From NCBI GenBank assembly GCA_963845535.1, contig CAWJSK010000022.1, positions 1-64,000 of the forward strand: a DNA stretch of 64,000 nt, in the 5' to 3' direction. The notes beneath the pieces are model-generated. The model was not told where the DNA came from. It saw only the letters and a program-made list of their open reading frames with translations, and searched no databases. Position 1 is the first letter of the stretch. Each line of letters begins with the position of its first letter. The position numbers were made by a program, and so were the translations under genes. The DNA is from an uncultured Spirochaetota bacterium. Lineage in GTDB: Bacteria > Spirochaetota > Spirochaetia > SZUA-6 > Fen-1364. This document shows, piece by piece, positions 60,697 to 64,000 of this stretch.

Positions 60697-61332
60697 ATGG
60701 CGGGCATCGTAGACGCGAAAGTTGAAAAGTACATATCCGCCCTGAACGGCATTCCGGATCCCGTGCGCCTGAAGATGGAAGAGATTGCCCGCGGGAACGG
60801 CTTCCCCATCGTCGGTCCCCACGTGGGGCGGCTTCTGGGAATCCTCGCCAGGAGCATCGGCGCCCAGCGGGTCCTGGAGTTGGGGTCAGGATACGGCTAT
60901 TCAGCCCTGTGGTTTGCCCGAGCCATGAAGAATGGCGGCACCGTGCTTTGCACGGACCTTTCAGAGGAGAACCGCGGTCATGCGCTCGCATTCTTCCGCG
61001 AAGCAGGCCTGGGAAAATCCATGAGCTTCCACGTGGGAGACGCGCTGTCATTCGCGCGATCGCAGTCGGGGCCTTTCGACATCGTCTTCAACGACATCGA
61101 CAAGAAGGATTATCCGGACAGCATCTCGGTTGCGGTCCCTCTCCTTCGCGTCGGCGGCCTTTTCATAACGGACAACGTCCTGTGGAGCGGCAAAGTGGCG
61201 GAAAAAGGCAGGCATGACGCGGCCACAGCGGCCATACGGCGATTCAACGCGATGATTTGCGCGCGCGATGACCTGGAGACCGTCATCCTGCCCATGCGGG
61301 ACGGCGTGGCCGTATGCCAGAAGGTGCGCTGA
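60697..61332 (+). CDS. SAM-dependent O-methyltransferase
   Basis: VLELGSGYGYS, FNDIDK, DNVLW. Confidence 0.9.
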   Translation: MAGIVDAKVEKYISALNGIPDPVRLKMEEIARGNGFPIVGPHVGRLLGILARSIGAQRVLELGSGYGYSALWFARAMKNGGTVLCTDLSEENRGHALAFFREAGLGKSMSFHVGDALSFARSQSGPFDIVFNDIDKKDYPDSISVAVPLLRVGGLFITDNVLWSGKVAEKGRHDAATAAIRRFNAMICARDDLETVILPMRDGVAVCQKVR

Positions 61333-62072
61333 ACCGGTCCATTCCCTGCCTCGTCCAGTCCGTCCTCCGGGAGCGCGCGGACGGCGTGAGCGTCACGGTG
61401 AGCTGGGCGCAGTCGGCCAACGGCGCCATTGCGGCGTTCAGCGGAGCGCGCGTGATCCTGAGCAGCCGGGAGTCCATGACGCTGACGCATCGGCTTCGCA
61501 GCCTCCACCAGGGAATCCTTGTCGGGATTGGCACGGTGCTCGCTGACGACCCGCAGCTCACCGTGCGCCTCGTTGACGGCCCTTCTCCGCAGCCTGTGGT
61601 GCTCGACTCCGGTCTGCGCTTTCCGGACTCAGCCCGGCTGCTCTCCCGAACGGACCGTGAGCCCTGGATCTTCCACGGCCAGGAGGCCCCTGAGCACAGG
61701 AGGCGCGAGCTCGAACGCCGGGGCGCCCGGTTGTTTCCTCTTCCCGCCGCGGCGGATGGCCTCCCGCTTCACGAGGTGCTCCGAATCCTGGGTGAGCGCG
61801 GCATGCGCTCCCTGATGGTGGAGGGGGGCGCCCGGGTGCTTCGCTCTTTCATCTCCCAGGAACTCGCTCACCAGGCCGTCATTACGGTAAGCCCGGTCAC
61901 CATGGAAGGTATCCACGTCTTCGAAACTGAGTCGGAGTCGGCAGGTGCCAGGGCAGGACCGGGATGGGCAATCGAGTTTGCCGAGACCTCCGAGCAGAAG
62001 TGCGGTCCGGACATCGTCACATGGGGAAGGATTGCTGCGACCGCGGGTCGAGGTTTCGGCTCTACTTCCTGA
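61314..62072 (+). CDS. RibD C-terminal-type reductase (start uncertain)
   Basis: AQSANG, VGIGTVLADDPQLTVR, MVEGG. Confidence 0.85.
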   Translation: MPEGALNRSIPCLVQSVLRERADGVSVTVSWAQSANGAIAAFSGARVILSSRESMTLTHRLRSLHQGILVGIGTVLADDPQLTVRLVDGPSPQPVVLDSGLRFPDSARLLSRTDREPWIFHGQEAPEHRRRELERRGARLFPLPAAADGLPLHEVLRILGERGMRSLMVEGGARVLRSFISQELAHQAVITVSPVTMEGIHVFETESESAGARAGPGWAIEFAETSEQKCGPDIVTWGRIAATAGRGFGSTS

Positions 62073-62820
62073 TCTGGGACCTCTCGGCCCACGGGACGAA
62101 GAAGGTGATGCCAATGCTGGCGTCGAAAGTCAGCTCGGGAGAATTGATCGGGGGAAAATTGTTCGGGCTGGTGCTCGAACCACTGCTGCCTACGGGTATT
62201 CTTATGCTTGGATTCACGATCAGATCCAGGGCGTAGCGCTCGGTGATGAAATAGTAGATGCCTACGGAAGGCGTCAGGAGAATGTCGAACTGGGTGCCGC
62301 CATCATAGGGAGTGCCGTTCGGAGCATAGATGTTCGGAGCGTATTTGCCGGGAAGGAACTGGATCAGGGCCAACCCTACGGAGCCGCCCAGATCGAACAC
62401 AAGGGGGAAATTCGGGTTCAACTTCCAGCTGTCGACGTCGATCCAGAGGCCGCCGCCGGGAAGTCTTTCGATGAGATGTCCAGGGTCGAAGTAGGGGTAC
62501 CAGGCAAAGCCCAGGCTCAGCGCATACGTGAGAACAGGCTGGTAGTCGTTCCCGTTGTTGTAGTTGCTGGCGTAGGAGAAGCTCGGTGACAAGGCGAATG
62601 CGAAAAAGTTGATCAGATAGAAAGTCGCGCTCGGAGAGACCGTGATCGTGAGATGACTGCCCTGGTTCGATGAGCTCGTTGGATCACCCAGATCATCGCT
62701 TAATGATGCATTCCCGGTGATCGCAATGCCGCCAGCCATGAAGTTGTCCGCAATGTCCGCAAAAGCGCCTGGGCCAGCGAGAAGGCACACGAGCGCTATG
62801 AGCCACCAGGATCTTCTCAT
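62062..62820 (-). CDS. Exported protein, outer-membrane beta-barrel-like
   Basis: Signal peptide and alternating aromatic beta-strand segments. Confidence 0.6.
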   Translation of the reverse strand: MRRSWWLIALVCLLAGPGAFADIADNFMAGGIAITGNASLSDDLGDPTSSSNQGSHLTITVSPSATFYLINFFAFALSPSFSYASNYNNGNDYQPVLTYALSLGFAWYPYFDPGHLIERLPGGGLWIDVDSWKLNPNFPLVFDLGGSVGLALIQFLPGKYAPNIYAPNGTPYDGGTQFDILLTPSVGIYYFITERYALDLIVNPSIRIPVGSSGSSTSPNNFPPINSPELTFDASIGITFFVPWAERSQIRK

Positions 62821-62920
62821 GCGAGACCTCCCGAGAGTGTGATGAAGGACGCATACGTCATATCACGGGAAGCGGGGGGCGGGTAGCCGGCATCGGCCTC
62901 ATTCTGTATAACGGGAATCC

Positions 62921-63937
62921 ATGAGGGCAAAAGCCGGGCAGCGCTTCCTTCTCTTTGGCGCTTTCAGCATTCTTGTGGCGCTGATCCTCGCCGGCTGTCG
63001 CGGGGCACCAGTCCCCGCCACGCCATCCGGAGCTCCCTCCGTCTATGCGGCCGGCTCCGCAATCCAGGGCGGAGCGGCCGTTCCCTGCTTCTGGCAAGCG
63101 GCCAGGGAAACCGACCTTCCCACGCTCGGTCTCGCGAAAGCGCAGGCCAATTCAATATTCGTGTCGGCGTGGGGTGCGGTCTACACGGGAGGATCGTATT
63201 TCGACCGTGATAAGTCTGTTCCCTGCCGTTGGCTCGGGACGGTGAGGACAGACCTCTCGTACGGAGCGGGCGGGACGGTGCTTGCACTCTTCGTTTCCTC
63301 CCGGGGCTGGCCCTACGCCGCAGGATTTTCCCTGATGGGGGGAAACGTCAGGCAAATTCCCTGCTATTGGGCAGGGTCGGCGCAATTCGACCTTCCGGGG
63401 GGCGACGCCGGGGCGGCACTTGCGATTTTTGTCCTTGAAGGGACCGTCTACACCGCCGGGTACTACAAGAGCAGCTCGAGGATCATCCCCTGCTACTGGC
63501 GGGGGACGAAGAGGACGGACCTCCCCTGCGGCGAAAGCGGAGGCATAGCCACCTCCATTTTTGTCTCCAAGGATTCGGTCTCTGTTGCCGGCTCCGACGG
63601 GGGAGTCCCCTGCTTCTGGAAAGGGAACACGGAAACCACTCTTTCCGGCCGCGGTCAGGCGTCTTCGATTTTCATCTCGGGGGAAACGGTGTACACGGCC
63701 GGGCAGTCAGACGGACAGGCGTGCCTATGGGCCAACGCTGCAAGAACCATCCTTGCCGTCGACGGAGCGCAGAGCGCTGTCGCATATTCCGTACTGGTCC
63801 GGGAAGGTACCGTGTACGCTGCCGGGGTGTATTCGAAGGGAGGCAGGGACGTCCTTTGCTTGTGGACCGGCTCCGAGCGCACTGATCTCACGGACCCGAC
63901 GCAAGACCTGAAAATCACGTCCGCGTTTCTGCGCTAA
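62921..63937 (+). CDS. Lipoprotein with ~45-aa beta-propeller-like repeats
   Basis: LAGC lipobox and repeated SIFV..G.VY.AG...PCYW.G..RTDL. Confidence 0.78.
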   Translation: MRAKAGQRFLLFGAFSILVALILAGCRGAPVPATPSGAPSVYAAGSAIQGGAAVPCFWQAARETDLPTLGLAKAQANSIFVSAWGAVYTGGSYFDRDKSVPCRWLGTVRTDLSYGAGGTVLALFVSSRGWPYAAGFSLMGGNVRQIPCYWAGSAQFDLPGGDAGAALAIFVLEGTVYTAGYYKSSSRIIPCYWRGTKRTDLPCGESGGIATSIFVSKDSVSVAGSDGGVPCFWKGNTETTLSGRGQASSIFISGETVYTAGQSDGQACLWANAARTILAVDGAQSAVAYSVLVREGTVYAAGVYSKGGRDVLCLWTGSERTDLTDPTQDLKITSAFLR

Positions 63938-64000
63938 GCGGCGCTGGCGTCCAGCCCGCGCGTCGAGGTCAATAGGGGTACGGTTTGCCCGCCCACTCGT

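Overview
Bacterial window, possibly Spirochaetia (inferred only from protein style: lipoproteins, MCPs, HtrA-like PDZ pair). Part 1 (1 to ~13,260) is a visibly lower-GC accessory island. Its first ~1.68 kb is an error-rich inverted copy of 1,725-3,418, most likely a long-read fold-back artefact. The island holds an IS3-family element inserted in a type I hsdM, four dispersed paralogues of an unknown ~90-aa protein, a tyrosine recombinase with a loxP-like palindrome upstream, small secreted proteins, two tRNA-3'-end (att-like) remnants, and a three-gene operon between them (TIGR04255-like protein, small protein, ART-like protein) that is a candidate toxin-antitoxin-chaperone defence module. Part 2 (~13,260-64,000) is GC-rich core and metabolic DNA: GH18, DUF92 plus prenol kinase, proBA, signalling proteins, glgX, trxA, a radical SAM protein, SbcD/AAA, RNase D, a sugar-catabolic operon, a sigma54-controlled sugar ABC transporter, two MCPs, and a TetR-controlled aminotransferase-aldolase-kinase operon with a visible shared operator. 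Three genes carry single homopolymer frameshifts that look like sequencing errors. All family assignments come from motif recognition; no database search was run.
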